Origin: an uncultured archaeon
GTDB taxonomy: Archaea; Asgardarchaeota; Thorarchaeia; Thorarchaeales; Thorarchaeaceae
Length of the DNA: 64,000 nucleotides
Assembly: GCA_964473825.1 (NCBI GenBank)
Contig: CAYYQL010000001.1
Span: 32,001-96,000, forward strand
Direction: 5' to 3'
How positions within the stretch are numbered: the first letter of the stretch is position 1; each line of letters starts with the position of its first letter. The translations under genes and the position numbers were made by a program. Below, piece after piece: positions 51,064-61,912 of the stretch. The notes beneath the pieces are model-generated. The model was not told the origin of the DNA. It searched no databases and saw nothing but the letters and a program-made list of their open reading frames with translations.

Positions 51064-53637
51064 TCATGGGATGAATTTGATGTGTCGTTCAATGCCAGTT
51101 CCGGCCTCTAAGAACTCAGTAAATGAGGGATAGAAGTGTTCCTCAGTATAACCGTAGTGGTTAGTCACCTCATCGTACTCGTTCCAGAGAACGAAGAGAT
51201 CAGACCAGTGCTGACTGAACATGTTGCCACTCTGGCCACCGGGATACACTGTGTAGTAAGCGGGATTGGGTCCATGTCTGACAACCATCCGTCTCGATGG
51301 CCCCCCGTCAACTGTCCAACCCCCAGCAGCGTTCAGTGTGTACCTACTGCCGGGATGCGGTGTTCCGCCCAGATAGGTGAAACCGGCAAGATGCTCGACG
51401 TTCAGAATATGATGCTCGCCGTATGTCCAGTCCGCCATGTCTGTACCCATATCCTCAACAATCTCGTTGTAGCACTGATGCAGAGCCAGCACCATGATGT
51501 CATCTATGGACTCAGTCTTGACTGTGTCATGATTGTCGATGTAATACGCGTCGTCAGTCCTTAGGATCTGTTCGAGGACAGGAGTACGGACAGATGTTGG
51601 ATCCAACCCTGCTGCAAAAACCTCATCGAACATAGCATACTTCAAGGCTCCGAGGAGATACCACCAGATTGTCGGAGCTGCACTATCAGTCGACATCACG
51701 AAGTCCCAAGACGAGAGAATATTAACCATGTCCTGTATCGATACATTGTTCTCCTCGCTATCCTCCCAGCCGTTCACAACAAAACCAACCATGCTCTCAG
51801 CTGAAACGTCTAGGACGTCGGCTTGGTAGACCATCATGTCTTCAACTGTGATGTCTGAGTCGGTCGCTAGCAAATGGTCGATCCGACGGCCCCGGTAAGA
51901 GTCAGATTGAGGACCCAGTAGAGAATAAGCGTAGATTGCTGGATCTATGGAGAGTTGATTCGCCGACTGAAGATAGCCCTGTGAGGGATTCAAGCTTCTC
52001 GGCAGATAGGCGTATGGGATTGAACCCGTCATCCCAATCGAGTCATTCAAACCCTGCACTGGATACTTCCCTGAATACCCGCATCTCACCGGGAATCTGC
52101 CCGCCACCGTGATTGCGATGTTGCCAGAGTCATCCGCATAGATGAAATTATGAGGTGGCGAGTCCCACCAATAGAGTGCATCGTAGTATCCATCTAGATC
52201 ATTGGCCAGATTCAGCATCGAAACGGCCAGAATCTCATGAGTGACACCAGTTCCGGTCCAGTTCATCGAGAGGTTCACAACGCTGTCCTCAGCAGGGCCA
52301 TAGCCATCAATGAGTGAATCAATGCACGGACCATGGACACTCCATGTAACTGGGAATTCAATCATGTTTCCCTCAGCGGTATAGATTAGTTCGTTCACAA
52401 CCTGGAAGTCGACCCATTCCCCATTGTAACGGTACTGGCTGGAATTGGTTGGATTGACCTCTTCCACAAAGAGATCGAGAAGGTCCGCACCAACATTGGT
52501 CATCCCCCAAGAGATATGCTTAGTATGACCAATGAGCACAGCTGGCGTTCCTGCGAGGCTACCGCCCTGAACATTCAACTCACCCGGAACAACGAGGTGG
52601 ACCTCGTACCATAGTGATGGTAGCTGAAGCTGGAGATGCGGATCGTTAGCCAGGATTGGATACCCCGTAGCACTCTTGGATCCATCGACCGCCCAGCTGT
52701 TACTGCCAATCACTGAGATATCAGCAAATGGATTGATGACCTGCGAGTCATAGGCAAGAAGAGCCTCTAACTCAGTGGATTCCAGTTGCATGATGTCTGG
52801 CTCGGCAGCTCGCGAATCTAGTTCCGAGGTTGCAGGTGCTGGCCAACCAGCGGGACCATCCGGGTACTCAGTTATGCTGAGATTGTATTGCTCAGGAACT
52901 ATCGGCACGGCATAGGGCATTACATCGGGGTAGAGGTTCTCCAGCATCGTTTCATTGTCGAGTCCCTCGCGTAAGGTGTAGCGTATGATATCCCTTCTGA
53001 AGCCTCCAGAGAGGCCCCAAGTCATCATCTTCGACCATATGAAAATGTCAACAGGTTCCCATGCCTCAGGGATGAATCCAAGAATCTTGAGCTCGATTGG
53101 GGTCTCACGGCTGCTCATTGAGTGCAAGAACGTGTTGATTCCGGTGACGTATGCATCTATGTTCTCCATCACGTACGCAACATCAGGGTCGGTTTCCGCC
53201 ATCTCTAGAAACGCCTGATACGTCAGCTCAGCCGACCGGGCTAGGCCTATAGTACGATAGTACTTGTCTGAACTGACAGCCCTTCCGCCAACAATCTCAC
53301 TGATGCGTCCTGCAGCAAGGTACTTCTGCATGGTCATCTGAAACAGCCGATCTCGAGCATGCAAATATCCTAACACCAGAAAAGCATCGGATATGGTCTC
53401 CGCGTAGATATGAGGAATGTCCCATTCATCGAGGATCACGTCCACTGGACTGCCAAGGTCAGATAGAACCAGAGTCTGAGATGTTGTGTCATTCACTCCG
53501 ATTCCGACATCATAAATGCCTCCTATAGGCTGCAATATCCCCAAACCACCTGCGAGTGGACCTATTGGGATGGTCAATAGTACTATCATAACAATTGGAC
53601 CTACGGCAGAAAAAGCGACCTTCAAAGACTTCTTCAT
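51064..53637 (-). CDS. Penicillin acylase family (Ntn hydrolase)
   Basis: PHIYA, HARDRLFQM, GSNSWAV nucleophile, ANDPHL, PGGQSG. Confidence 0.95.
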   Translation of the reverse strand: MKKSLKVAFSAVGPIVMIVLLTIPIGPLAGGLGILQPIGGIYDVGIGVNDTTSQTLVLSDLGSPVDVILDEWDIPHIYAETISDAFLVLGYLHARDRLFQMTMQKYLAAGRISEIVGGRAVSSDKYYRTIGLARSAELTYQAFLEMAETDPDVAYVMENIDAYVTGINTFLHSMSSRETPIELKILGFIPEAWEPVDIFIWSKMMTWGLSGGFRRDIIRYTLREGLDNETMLENLYPDVMPYAVPIVPEQYNLSITEYPDGPAGWPAPATSELDSRAAEPDIMQLESTELEALLAYDSQVINPFADISVIGSNSWAVDGSKSATGYPILANDPHLQLQLPSLWYEVHLVVPGELNVQGGSLAGTPAVLIGHTKHISWGMTNVGADLLDLFVEEVNPTNSSQYRYNGEWVDFQVVNELIYTAEGNMIEFPVTWSVHGPCIDSLIDGYGPAEDSVVNLSMNWTGTGVTHEILAVSMLNLANDLDGYYDALYWWDSPPHNFIYADDSGNIAITVAGRFPVRCGYSGKYPVQGLNDSIGMTGSIPYAYLPRSLNPSQGYLQSANQLSIDPAIYAYSLLGPQSDSYRGRRIDHLLATDSDITVEDMMVYQADVLDVSAESMVGFVVNGWEDSEENNVSIQDMVNILSSWDFVMSTDSAAPTIWWYLLGALKYAMFDEVFAAGLDPTSVRTPVLEQILRTDDAYYIDNHDTVKTESIDDIMVLALHQCYNEIVEDMGTDMADWTYGEHHILNVEHLAGFTYLGGTPHPGSRYTLNAAGGWTVDGGPSRRMVVRHGPNPAYYTVYPGGQSGNMFSQHWSDLFVLWNEYDEVTNHYGYTEEHFYPSFTEFLEAGTGIERHIKFIP

Positions 53638-53864
53638 CTTTCTCCCTCAGACAGACGAACCAACCGTCTATACACAATCGAGGACTTAAGCTTTCTCAAA
53701 GATAGTGTCGACTGCGAAGTTACCAGAACGAACCATTTGATTGGCCAGGCGAGACCCATGTCATCTATCCCAACGTATCTGGTCAAGACGGAGTTTCATT
53801 GTTCTCACCACAAGAAGGTCTTGCTATAGATAGCACAGAAACACCATTATAGACTGAAAAACTC

Positions 53865-55388
53865 ATGTCAATCGGGTTAAAAATCGTGAGTGGAGTCCTA
53901 CATCTTGGTCTGCACGTTCTCTGCTACTCAGGATCGGGCATTATCCTCTATTCTTTGCGTCGGAAACTATCGCTAATACCGCTCTACATCTATCTCGGAA
54001 TCATTCTCGTCTTCACATCCATGATGAGCAGTTTCTATGTATTGCATGTGACCGAGGGAATCAGCGTAGGGGGCGGTAGTATTGCTTATGCTGCAGTCCT
54101 GTGGACAGTCCTCTATGTGTATGTGATGGAAAGAGACCTCTCAACCATCAAGTTCGTTATTCTAGGAGTCCTAGCAGTCCAGTTCATCTTCGTCTTGGCC
54201 TATCCATACTTCGGATGTCTACTTGATTACGGGGGGGTGACAAATCCCCTAGATATCCCTCCTGAGCTGTTCAATGTGAGCTTTGGAATATTCTGGGTTG
54301 GCAACGTATTGGCACTTATTGAGATGGTACTCATGATATTTCTTGTCGAGTGGATGCGAGAACGGCTCCCGAGTATTCCCCCCGTGATTCACGTTGCTGT
54401 TGTTTACAATCTCACGCTTCTCATTGATAGCGTCCTCTATCCGCTATTTGCATATCCTGTGACGCAATCCATATCCATCGTTCAGGGGCTGGCCTCGCTG
54501 CTGAGCAAGCTGCTTCTTGGGATGTTCTACAGCCTGATGCTCTTCGTTGGCATCATTCCTTTCAGGCCGAGGTACGGAAAAGGGGAAGATCATGCTCGTC
54601 TGAGCCTGAGCGACATGATATCACTACCCCAGACCAAGGTCATCGACGCATGGCGACAGGCACAGAAGAATCAGGAGCTTGTGAGCTTGCTACTTAGCAT
54701 TCTGGGTCATGACATCCGGAACTATAATGCAATGACGATCAGCACACTTGAAGCTCTCCTCATGGAGCATCCAGACTTGGACGATGATGTGCAGGACATG
54801 TTGACAGAGATTCAGAAAGTCCAGTATCAGTCGACAGAACTTCTCAAGAACACACTTACACTGGAATCTCTTCAAAAGGGTAACGTCGAAACGATACCCA
54901 TAGAAATCAGGAAGGTGCTAGTGGAAGCAAGAGGCAGAGTTGACGAATCATATCCTCATATCGCACTCCTGTTAGATGGTACCGAGGCTCTTACCGGTCT
55001 GCGAACTCGTGGAAACGAGTTATTCAATGTCGCTCTCTACAATATTCTGTCTAACATGGTGAAATACAGAAAGCCGAACCAGAACACTGTTACAGTGGAG
55101 ATCAGCTCAGAGGTAGAGAATGGGTTCTTGCATCTCGTTCTATGTGATCAAGGAATCGGAATTCCCGATGATACCAAGCAACAGGTCTTTGATAGCATCG
55201 AGACGCGGCCGCGCCATTCGAACTTTGGGCTCTATTTGGTCAAGAAGATACTGAGTCTGGCGGATTCCGGGATTCGTGTTGAGAACAGACCTGATTCTCC
55301 TAACGACTATTCGAAGGGAACTGCTTTTCACTTGAGATTACCCCTCGCAAAAGAGCGTCATGCTGAAACCCAAACCTCAGAGACCTGA
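53865..55388 (+). CDS. Membrane-bound histidine kinase
   Basis: About 7 TM; HDIRN H-box; NILSN; DQGIGI; FGLYLV. Confidence 0.88.
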   Translation: MSIGLKIVSGVLHLGLHVLCYSGSGIILYSLRRKLSLIPLYIYLGIILVFTSMMSSFYVLHVTEGISVGGGSIAYAAVLWTVLYVYVMERDLSTIKFVILGVLAVQFIFVLAYPYFGCLLDYGGVTNPLDIPPELFNVSFGIFWVGNVLALIEMVLMIFLVEWMRERLPSIPPVIHVAVVYNLTLLIDSVLYPLFAYPVTQSISIVQGLASLLSKLLLGMFYSLMLFVGIIPFRPRYGKGEDHARLSLSDMISLPQTKVIDAWRQAQKNQELVSLLLSILGHDIRNYNAMTISTLEALLMEHPDLDDDVQDMLTEIQKVQYQSTELLKNTLTLESLQKGNVETIPIEIRKVLVEARGRVDESYPHIALLLDGTEALTGLRTRGNELFNVALYNILSNMVKYRKPNQNTVTVEISSEVENGFLHLVLCDQGIGIPDDTKQQVFDSIETRPRHSNFGLYLVKKILSLADSGIRVENRPDSPNDYSKGTAFHLRLPLAKERHAETQTSET

Positions 55389-55465
55389 GAATTGTCTGTT
55401 CGAGGTCGGCGACAGCCATATCAATGTGGTTGCAGACAAGCAGGTCTCGTTCGGAATCATCTAGC

Positions 55466-57271
55466 CTAATCGAAATGTCGCAGAAAGAGCACCCGAAAGT
55501 CGGCCCCTCTAGTATGATCACCTGACACTCTATCCCGCACATAGACGAAACCCCCGTATTTCTCCGCTATCTGAGACACCTGATGAAGCCCCACACCCCC
55601 GTATCTTCTGCTAGGATCAAATAACTCGCTCTTCCTTGTATCTGGCAGGCCAGGACCATTATCCTTGACACTTAGCTCGTACCCCTTGATGACTTTCGTG
55701 AGCTGAACCCAGATGCGTTTATCCTGGCGGGGATTCGACTCAACCGCATTTTCGAGAAGGTTCGTCACCAAGTACTCCAGATTACTATCAGCGGCAATCG
55801 TTGGCTCATCAGGTTGAATCTCAACTTTGATCGTCACATCACTGTTCAAGTTCTGGATTCTCTTTACCGTGTTCAGAATTACCGTGTCGAGCCTTCGAGC
55901 TCTCAGAGGTTCTTGGGAAAGCTGTTCTGTCCGTTTGGCCTTGTCAATCAGACGCGCAATCTTGTGGACGCCTTCTTTTATTGCACTCAAGGATTCCTTG
56001 AAGAGTGCATCATCTTCTGATTCACACAACAGGTCGGTTCCGATAGAGATTCCCTGAAGATGATTCCGAACATCGTGACCAAGAAGATCAAGATAGAGGC
56101 GTGCAGAGTCTTCAGCTCTTTTGAGTTGAGTTATGTCCCTGAACAACCAGACTCGAACAGCAACGTCGTTGCCCTCCAGTATAGCGCTTGTGTAGTACTC
56201 GAACACCACTCCATTTCTGAATCTCAGAATCCCCTTCCCATCCACATCCGAGTTCTGAAGCTCTTCGAGTCGCATGAGAAACTCGTCTGCGTCTCTAATA
56301 CCTGTTCGAAGAGCCTCAAACACCTCACGGACTCGCATGATGTCCAGTTCAATACCAGGCAACGAAAAATTGTGATCGAATCTCGTGTTCCAGTGCATGG
56401 CATGCCCGGAGGAGTCCACCACGAGAATGCCTGCATCCACTGCCTCAATCGTGGCCGCGTAAAGTCCCTCGACGCTCTGGATTGCTCTCAGAGCCTCCCT
56501 TGTCTCGGTGATGTCTCGAACACCGACGACAACGCTGCCCTGCGCCTCAAGAAGAGAAAAAGTGGCCTCGAAGTGTCTTGTTCTGTCGTTCAATTCCAGC
56601 GTGTATTCCAGGGTTTCTACACCCCCATGCGCTCGCAAGCGCGCGATGGCTTGGAGATGTTCTCTGGCGACTTGAGGTGGAATAACTTCTCGCATATGCT
56701 TCCCAAGAAACTCTGAAGGGGACATGTATAGTAGACTCTCATCCGATGCGAAGTAGTCAGAGTAGTGATTATGCTCGTCTATTACAAAGACCAAATCGTG
56801 CAGAGCATAAATCAGGTCTCGGAACTTCTGTTCGCTCTCTCTCAGAGCCATCTCTGCCTGCCGTTTCTGGCGCAGTAGCTCGGTTCTTCTGAGGGTTTCG
56901 TCAATAGTTCCAAGGAGTTTGTCCATATCAATAGGTTTTGTTAGGTATGCTACAGCATTTGTGTTAAGGGAGTCTATTGCGGTCTCTATAGACGCGTAGC
57001 CCGTCATCACTATCACAGCCGTGTCTGGCTGCAGTTCTTCTAGATCCCTGAGCACTATGGTTCCTCCTTGGTCGGGAAGCCGCAAATCAAGAAGAACCAC
57101 ATCAAAATCCATGCTACGTGCCATTCTGAGAGCTTCGGCCCCTGTGTGAGCTGTGACGGTGGCATATCCCCGCCTAATGAATATGTTCTTCAGACTCTTG
57201 CATAGACTCTTATTGTCATCAACAACGAGGATTCTGGCTGTTTCAGCATAGCTCTCAGTACCGGCAGTCAG
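55466..57271 (-). CDS. Hybrid REC-PAS-PAS histidine kinase (probable CTG start)
   Basis: The frame is open upstream of 57124 through RILVVDDN; HDVRN, DNGPGL, GVGL. Confidence 0.85.
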   Translation of the reverse strand: MTAGTESYAETARILVVDDNKSLCKSLKNIFIRRGYATVTAHTGAEALRMARSMDFDVVLLDLRLPDQGGTIVLRDLEELQPDTAVIVMTGYASIETAIDSLNTNAVAYLTKPIDMDKLLGTIDETLRRTELLRQKRQAEMALRESEQKFRDLIYALHDLVFVIDEHNHYSDYFASDESLLYMSPSEFLGKHMREVIPPQVAREHLQAIARLRAHGGVETLEYTLELNDRTRHFEATFSLLEAQGSVVVGVRDITETREALRAIQSVEGLYAATIEAVDAGILVVDSSGHAMHWNTRFDHNFSLPGIELDIMRVREVFEALRTGIRDADEFLMRLEELQNSDVDGKGILRFRNGVVFEYYTSAILEGNDVAVRVWLFRDITQLKRAEDSARLYLDLLGHDVRNHLQGISIGTDLLCESEDDALFKESLSAIKEGVHKIARLIDKAKRTEQLSQEPLRARRLDTVILNTVKRIQNLNSDVTIKVEIQPDEPTIAADSNLEYLVTNLLENAVESNPRQDKRIWVQLTKVIKGYELSVKDNGPGLPDTRKSELFDPSRRYGGVGLHQVSQIAEKYGGFVYVRDRVSGDHTRGADFRVLFLRHFD

Positions 57272-57425
57272 GGCAGTACACCTCCACCCATTCTCCTGCG
57301 CCTCTTCGAACCAAACCGCTGCATGCGACGGAAATCATTATCTACATATGCGTTCGAGCATCTCAGAACAACAATCTGAGGACCATCCGCGTCAAGAACA
57401 CCACATAATCCGCCATCCGTTACAG

Positions 57426-58181
57426 TTATTGAGCATTCCCTCCTGAAATGACCTCTCTCACGGTGGCAAGGACTCTCTCAAGGTCAAGCGGCTTCCCGAA
57501 GTAGGCATAAGCAGAATGAGCGAGAGCGCGGTCTATCTGGTTACTCATCTCCTGAGGGAATCCAGTGATAATGACGACAACCATTGATGAATTGTCTTGT
57601 TTTATCGTGAGAAAAGTTTCGAAACCGCTCATCTTTGGAAGCTTCATGTCAAGAAAGACAATATCACATTCCTTCTCTTTCAAAATCTGAATGGCCTGTT
57701 CGCCTGTTTCAGCTTTCAGAACGGTCAATCCCTTTTTCTCTAACACCTTGGAGAACGTGTCTGTGAATGAACGATCGTCATCTACCACCAACACAAGCCT
57801 CTCCTGTCTGGATCCCGTGACCTCTGTTATGCGCCGCAAGACCTCTGCGAAGTCTATTGGCTTGTGTATGATGTCGTTTGCTCCTTCTTCAAAAGCATCC
57901 TGAATGAGGTTCTCGACTGAGTATCCCGTCATCATCACAACAACTGCTTTCGGTAAGACTGGCTTGATTTGTTTGAGCGCTTCGACCCCACCCATTTCAG
58001 GCATCTTGATGTCCATGAAGACCAAGTCGATATTCGGATGCTCTTTGGCTATCTCGACTGCCTCACTTCCACTGTTTGCGGTTATGACCGAGTGACCCAA
58101 CCGACTGAGGATGTGCGACATCGTCTTACTAACGCTCTCTCTGTCATCGACGACTAGTATACTGATAGAATCAGCCACCAC
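57426..58181 (-). CDS. Tandem double receiver protein
   Basis: Two REC domains (MDIKMP / LDMKLP, KP). Confidence 0.92.
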   Translation of the reverse strand: MVADSISILVVDDRESVSKTMSHILSRLGHSVITANSGSEAVEIAKEHPNIDLVFMDIKMPEMGGVEALKQIKPVLPKAVVVMMTGYSVENLIQDAFEEGANDIIHKPIDFAEVLRRITEVTGSRQERLVLVVDDDRSFTDTFSKVLEKKGLTVLKAETGEQAIQILKEKECDIVFLDMKLPKMSGFETFLTIKQDNSSMVVVIITGFPQEMSNQIDRALAHSAYAYFGKPLDLERVLATVREVISGGNAQ

Positions 58182-58183
58182 AA

Positions 58184-61100
58184 TCAGCCCTCCTCATAAC
58201 GGGGCAGGTAGACTGTGAAAGTCGTCCCCACTCTTATCTCGCTGGAAACCTCAATCCGTCCATCGTGTGCTTCAACCATCGACTTCGTTATCGCAAGCCC
58301 CAGACCAATCCCCTTTGCTTTAGTTGTAAAGAGGGGCTCAAAGATTCTACCCAAATCTTCTTCTTCTATGCCTGTCCCTGTGTCAGACACTGATATGGCC
58401 AGTTCATCAGTCGTCACACGATCGAGTGATACGCTGATCTTACCTTCTTCGGGTATCGCTTCAACTGCATTCGTGATAAGGTTCTGGAAAACGTGTTCAA
58501 GTTGTACAGGGTCAGCTAGGAGAATTGAGGATTCTCTATCGAACTCCGTCTGGAGATTAATCCTTGGTGGTATTTCGAGCTGTAGTATCAGTTTATTCAA
58601 GAGCTTTACGATATTTACTTTTTGTCTCGTTCGAGGTTCAGGACGGGCAAAACTGAGGAGACTCTCGATGATACTGACTGTGTTATTGACTTCTTTGTCA
58701 AGAATGTCCAGTGTCTCTTTGACATCTTCATCCGGGCTATCGATTGCCATTTGAAGGAAGTAGATTCCATTCTTGATTGCAGCCAACGGGTTTCGTATCT
58801 CGTGAGATATCCCGCCACTGAGCTGACCAAGGACAGCTAGGCGTTCTTTCCGCACTAACTCGTCCTGAAGCTGTTTCAATTCTGACAGGTCTCGAGCGAT
58901 AACAACAAAATGTGTCGGAACTCCCTCTTCATCTCTGAGGACACTCACATTCATTCTAGATGAAAGCGTGCTTCCGTCTTTTCGCACGAGCCCATATTCG
59001 CGATTGCGTAGAGCTCCTTCTTTCAGAATCGCCTCATTGTTCGCTATCACCCTTTCGCGATCTTCAGGAACAAACAGCGTGCGTGCATCCATACCTATCA
59101 TCTCATCCGAAGAATTGTAACCGTGCATCTCTGCGGCCATCTGATTTGCCATCACTATCTGCATGTCGAGATCGGTCACAACCACCGCGTCAGGCATCGT
59201 TTCGAGTGTCGTTCGATAAAGCTCTCCGCTGCGGCGAATCTCCGCAGTTCGCTCTTCCACCCTCTGCTCGAGGGTCTTATTCAGTTCTCTAAGAGCGTGC
59301 TCAGCTTGCTTGAGTTCCGTGATATCAACTGAAAGAACGAGGATTCTATCAATACTCCCGTCATCACTCTTGACCGGGATGGCTCTAATCAAGAACACTC
59401 TGCCGCCATACTCCCCCTCGAACTCGATCTTTTGTCCACCAAGTACCTTTTTGTACTGTTCAGCCACCGATTCAGCTATGTCCGGGGGGAGAATGTCAAA
59501 GATGGGTTTACCCACCAGCGTTTCATTATTGAGACCAAGAGATTCCAGCAACTCTCCAGCGCTGAAGACGTACTTGAGGTCCCTGTCCATGAGGTGGACT
59601 AGACCGCCAGGAATGCTGTCCGCAATGAGTTGGCGGTTGCGCTTCGCCTTCTTTCGCTCAGTGATATCCTGTACCTGTATGAAGAGCCGAACAGGGTGAC
59701 CATTAGCATCTCGAACAAGTGACGCATTTACGTCGGCAAACACAACACTCCCGTTCTGGTGCAGATATCGCATTTCGAAGCCGACTCCCCGCTTCTCGCC
59801 CTCTAGGAGGCGGTCGAATTCGTGTTTCGCGGTCTGTACGTCGTCAGGATAGGCATAATCCCAGAGTTTCTTCGCAGTGAGCTCCTCTTTCGGATAACCT
59901 GTCAACTTGGAAAATGATCTGTTGACATCAATGATATCACCATCCAAACCCAATGCTACAATTCCGAGGGCTGCATTTTCGATTGCCATGCTGAGGAGCT
60001 GTTCCCTCTCTCTGAGAGAATTATCAAGCTCCCTCATTGACAATGCGCGAGCAATCTGGTTGGTGATCTCATCGATGAGCGATAGTTCTTCATCGACGAA
60101 TGGCCCTAGTTCCTCTTCTGGTCGTTCCTCAGTGTAGGCTACTGCTACTTCCACTGGGGCACCCTGAGCTGTGTGTGTGCGCGATACTAGCATCCAATCT
60201 GTCTCTTGGAATCCGTCACTCAAGACAACGTCATCTTCGTGCTTGATACGAACCTCTGTGATGTCAGGATATTGCCACCCTTGGGCAACTGGCCCAATCA
60301 AATCATTCAGGATATCCAGAATGGGACGGGCTGTATCTCGCAGGACCTGGCTCACAGCATACAGGCAAGTCTGTTCTTTCACCCGCTCTCGAAGGGCGAT
60401 GTTGGTGTCCTGCAGTTCTTTCGTCCGGGCCTCAACACGCGACTCCAACTCAAGATTGAGCTCGCGTAGGCTCTCCTCACCCTCACGTCTTGCGCGTTCA
60501 GCCTGATTCTTTGACCAGGCGAAGGAAAGGTCGGCCGCGACTTCTCTAAGGAGGTCAATCTCCTGTTCGTCCAGAGTCTCCCTCTCCGTTACGAAGACCT
60601 GCAGAACGCCAATAGACCGTTCGTGTTCCGTCAATGGAAGAGTGATTGTGCAGTATGGTGTCTCTTGGTTGTCTGCACGAAAAGAGCACTCTACACATTC
60701 ATTGGCAGAATCAATCACCTGAGGCTCGCACGAGATGATGGCTTCTCGTATGCAGTCAGGGGCATATCCTTCACCCCCAGTGGTTACCGATATCTCGTCT
60801 CTCAGTCGGCATCCGCCGGAATGAGCCATCTCTCTAATCGTTTCTCCATCATCACTTACAAGTGCAATCGTACAACCAGCGTATCCCCTCGCTTTGACCA
60901 TGGACGAGGATGCCTTGTTCAGCATCTTGCCGAAATCCGGCTCCTGAACGATGATCTGATTGACGTCCCTAATCGCCTTGAGCAAGGAGTTCAGCCGACC
61001 CATCTGCATATGCATCTCTTGAAGGGATGATTCGGATTCGCTTTGAGAAGAGGAGCGCGTAAAGTGCCACAGAATGCCTGTGGGGCAGTCTGCATCATGA

Positions 61101-61405
61101 ATGAGAGAGCATTCCACGTTAAGCACTAGCGTCTGGTTCGCGGCTACATCGGGCACCATCTCGTCAGAGTAGGATGTTCTGCTGATTACCAGTTCCCTCA
61201 TTTCATCAGCCCTTGATGGCGACTTCCAGAGTCGGTTAACTGTCCCCCCTACAACCTCTTCCTCAGAATACCCCCACAACTCGAGAAGCGCCTTGTTGAC
61301 GAAGGTAACTATTCCGTCCAAATCACTAATGGCCAGAGGATGGACTATGGCATCTAGAAAACATCTAATAACGCTAGAACTGAGTTCAGATTCTGGCTCC
61401 CGCAT
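58184..61405 (-). CDS. Multi-PAS/GAF histidine kinase
   Basis: PAS, GAF, further PAS/PAC domains; HEIRNPL; DTGTGI; FTTKAKGIGLGL. Confidence 0.93.
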   Translation of the reverse strand: MREPESELSSSVIRCFLDAIVHPLAISDLDGIVTFVNKALLELWGYSEEEVVGGTVNRLWKSPSRADEMRELVISRTSYSDEMVPDVAANQTLVLNVECSLIHDADCPTGILWHFTRSSSQSESESSLQEMHMQMGRLNSLLKAIRDVNQIIVQEPDFGKMLNKASSSMVKARGYAGCTIALVSDDGETIREMAHSGGCRLRDEISVTTGGEGYAPDCIREAIISCEPQVIDSANECVECSFRADNQETPYCTITLPLTEHERSIGVLQVFVTERETLDEQEIDLLREVAADLSFAWSKNQAERARREGEESLRELNLELESRVEARTKELQDTNIALRERVKEQTCLYAVSQVLRDTARPILDILNDLIGPVAQGWQYPDITEVRIKHEDDVVLSDGFQETDWMLVSRTHTAQGAPVEVAVAYTEERPEEELGPFVDEELSLIDEITNQIARALSMRELDNSLREREQLLSMAIENAALGIVALGLDGDIIDVNRSFSKLTGYPKEELTAKKLWDYAYPDDVQTAKHEFDRLLEGEKRGVGFEMRYLHQNGSVVFADVNASLVRDANGHPVRLFIQVQDITERKKAKRNRQLIADSIPGGLVHLMDRDLKYVFSAGELLESLGLNNETLVGKPIFDILPPDIAESVAEQYKKVLGGQKIEFEGEYGGRVFLIRAIPVKSDDGSIDRILVLSVDITELKQAEHALRELNKTLEQRVEERTAEIRRSGELYRTTLETMPDAVVVTDLDMQIVMANQMAAEMHGYNSSDEMIGMDARTLFVPEDRERVIANNEAILKEGALRNREYGLVRKDGSTLSSRMNVSVLRDEEGVPTHFVVIARDLSELKQLQDELVRKERLAVLGQLSGGISHEIRNPLAAIKNGIYFLQMAIDSPDEDVKETLDILDKEVNNTVSIIESLLSFARPEPRTRQKVNIVKLLNKLILQLEIPPRINLQTEFDRESSILLADPVQLEHVFQNLITNAVEAIPEEGKISVSLDRVTTDELAISVSDTGTGIEEEDLGRIFEPLFTTKAKGIGLGLAITKSMVEAHDGRIEVSSEIRVGTTFTVYLPRYEEG

Positions 61406-61912
61406 AAGAATCCCTCACATCTGTGTTCAGACAACAGTTCTGAAATCAGACCATGGATATTTCAAGATGTAATTCACTTCATGGCTTATTAGTATAATTT
61501 GCATTGACCTCAATTCTTCCTATGGCACAGGAGACCTGTTCAGTGTATGTGTGCTCACGCGCGTCAGATGTGGTAGGTCGTACTTGAAGCATACCACTAG
61601 CTGCGCGACCATCGGAGCAAAGTGATCCGTCTATCCTTGTCCAGACAGAATGAGCATCTCTTCAGATCGTAGAGCTTTGAGTAATATAGGAGCCACCCCG
61701 AATGACGTGAAGGGCCAGTATGGCATTCCGCAATTATGATTCACTCAATCAATAGCAAGAACCAGAGCAATCACAAAGACTGCATCCCCACCTTTGTGGA
61801 TTTGCCAAGACTCTGAATGTGCCTTTGGCCGCTTCCCACTAGATTTATTCTTAAGGTCGTGCTTCGTCTAACACCTTACAGCAAGCCAAGCTAACCGGAC
61901 CGTGTATCCTCT

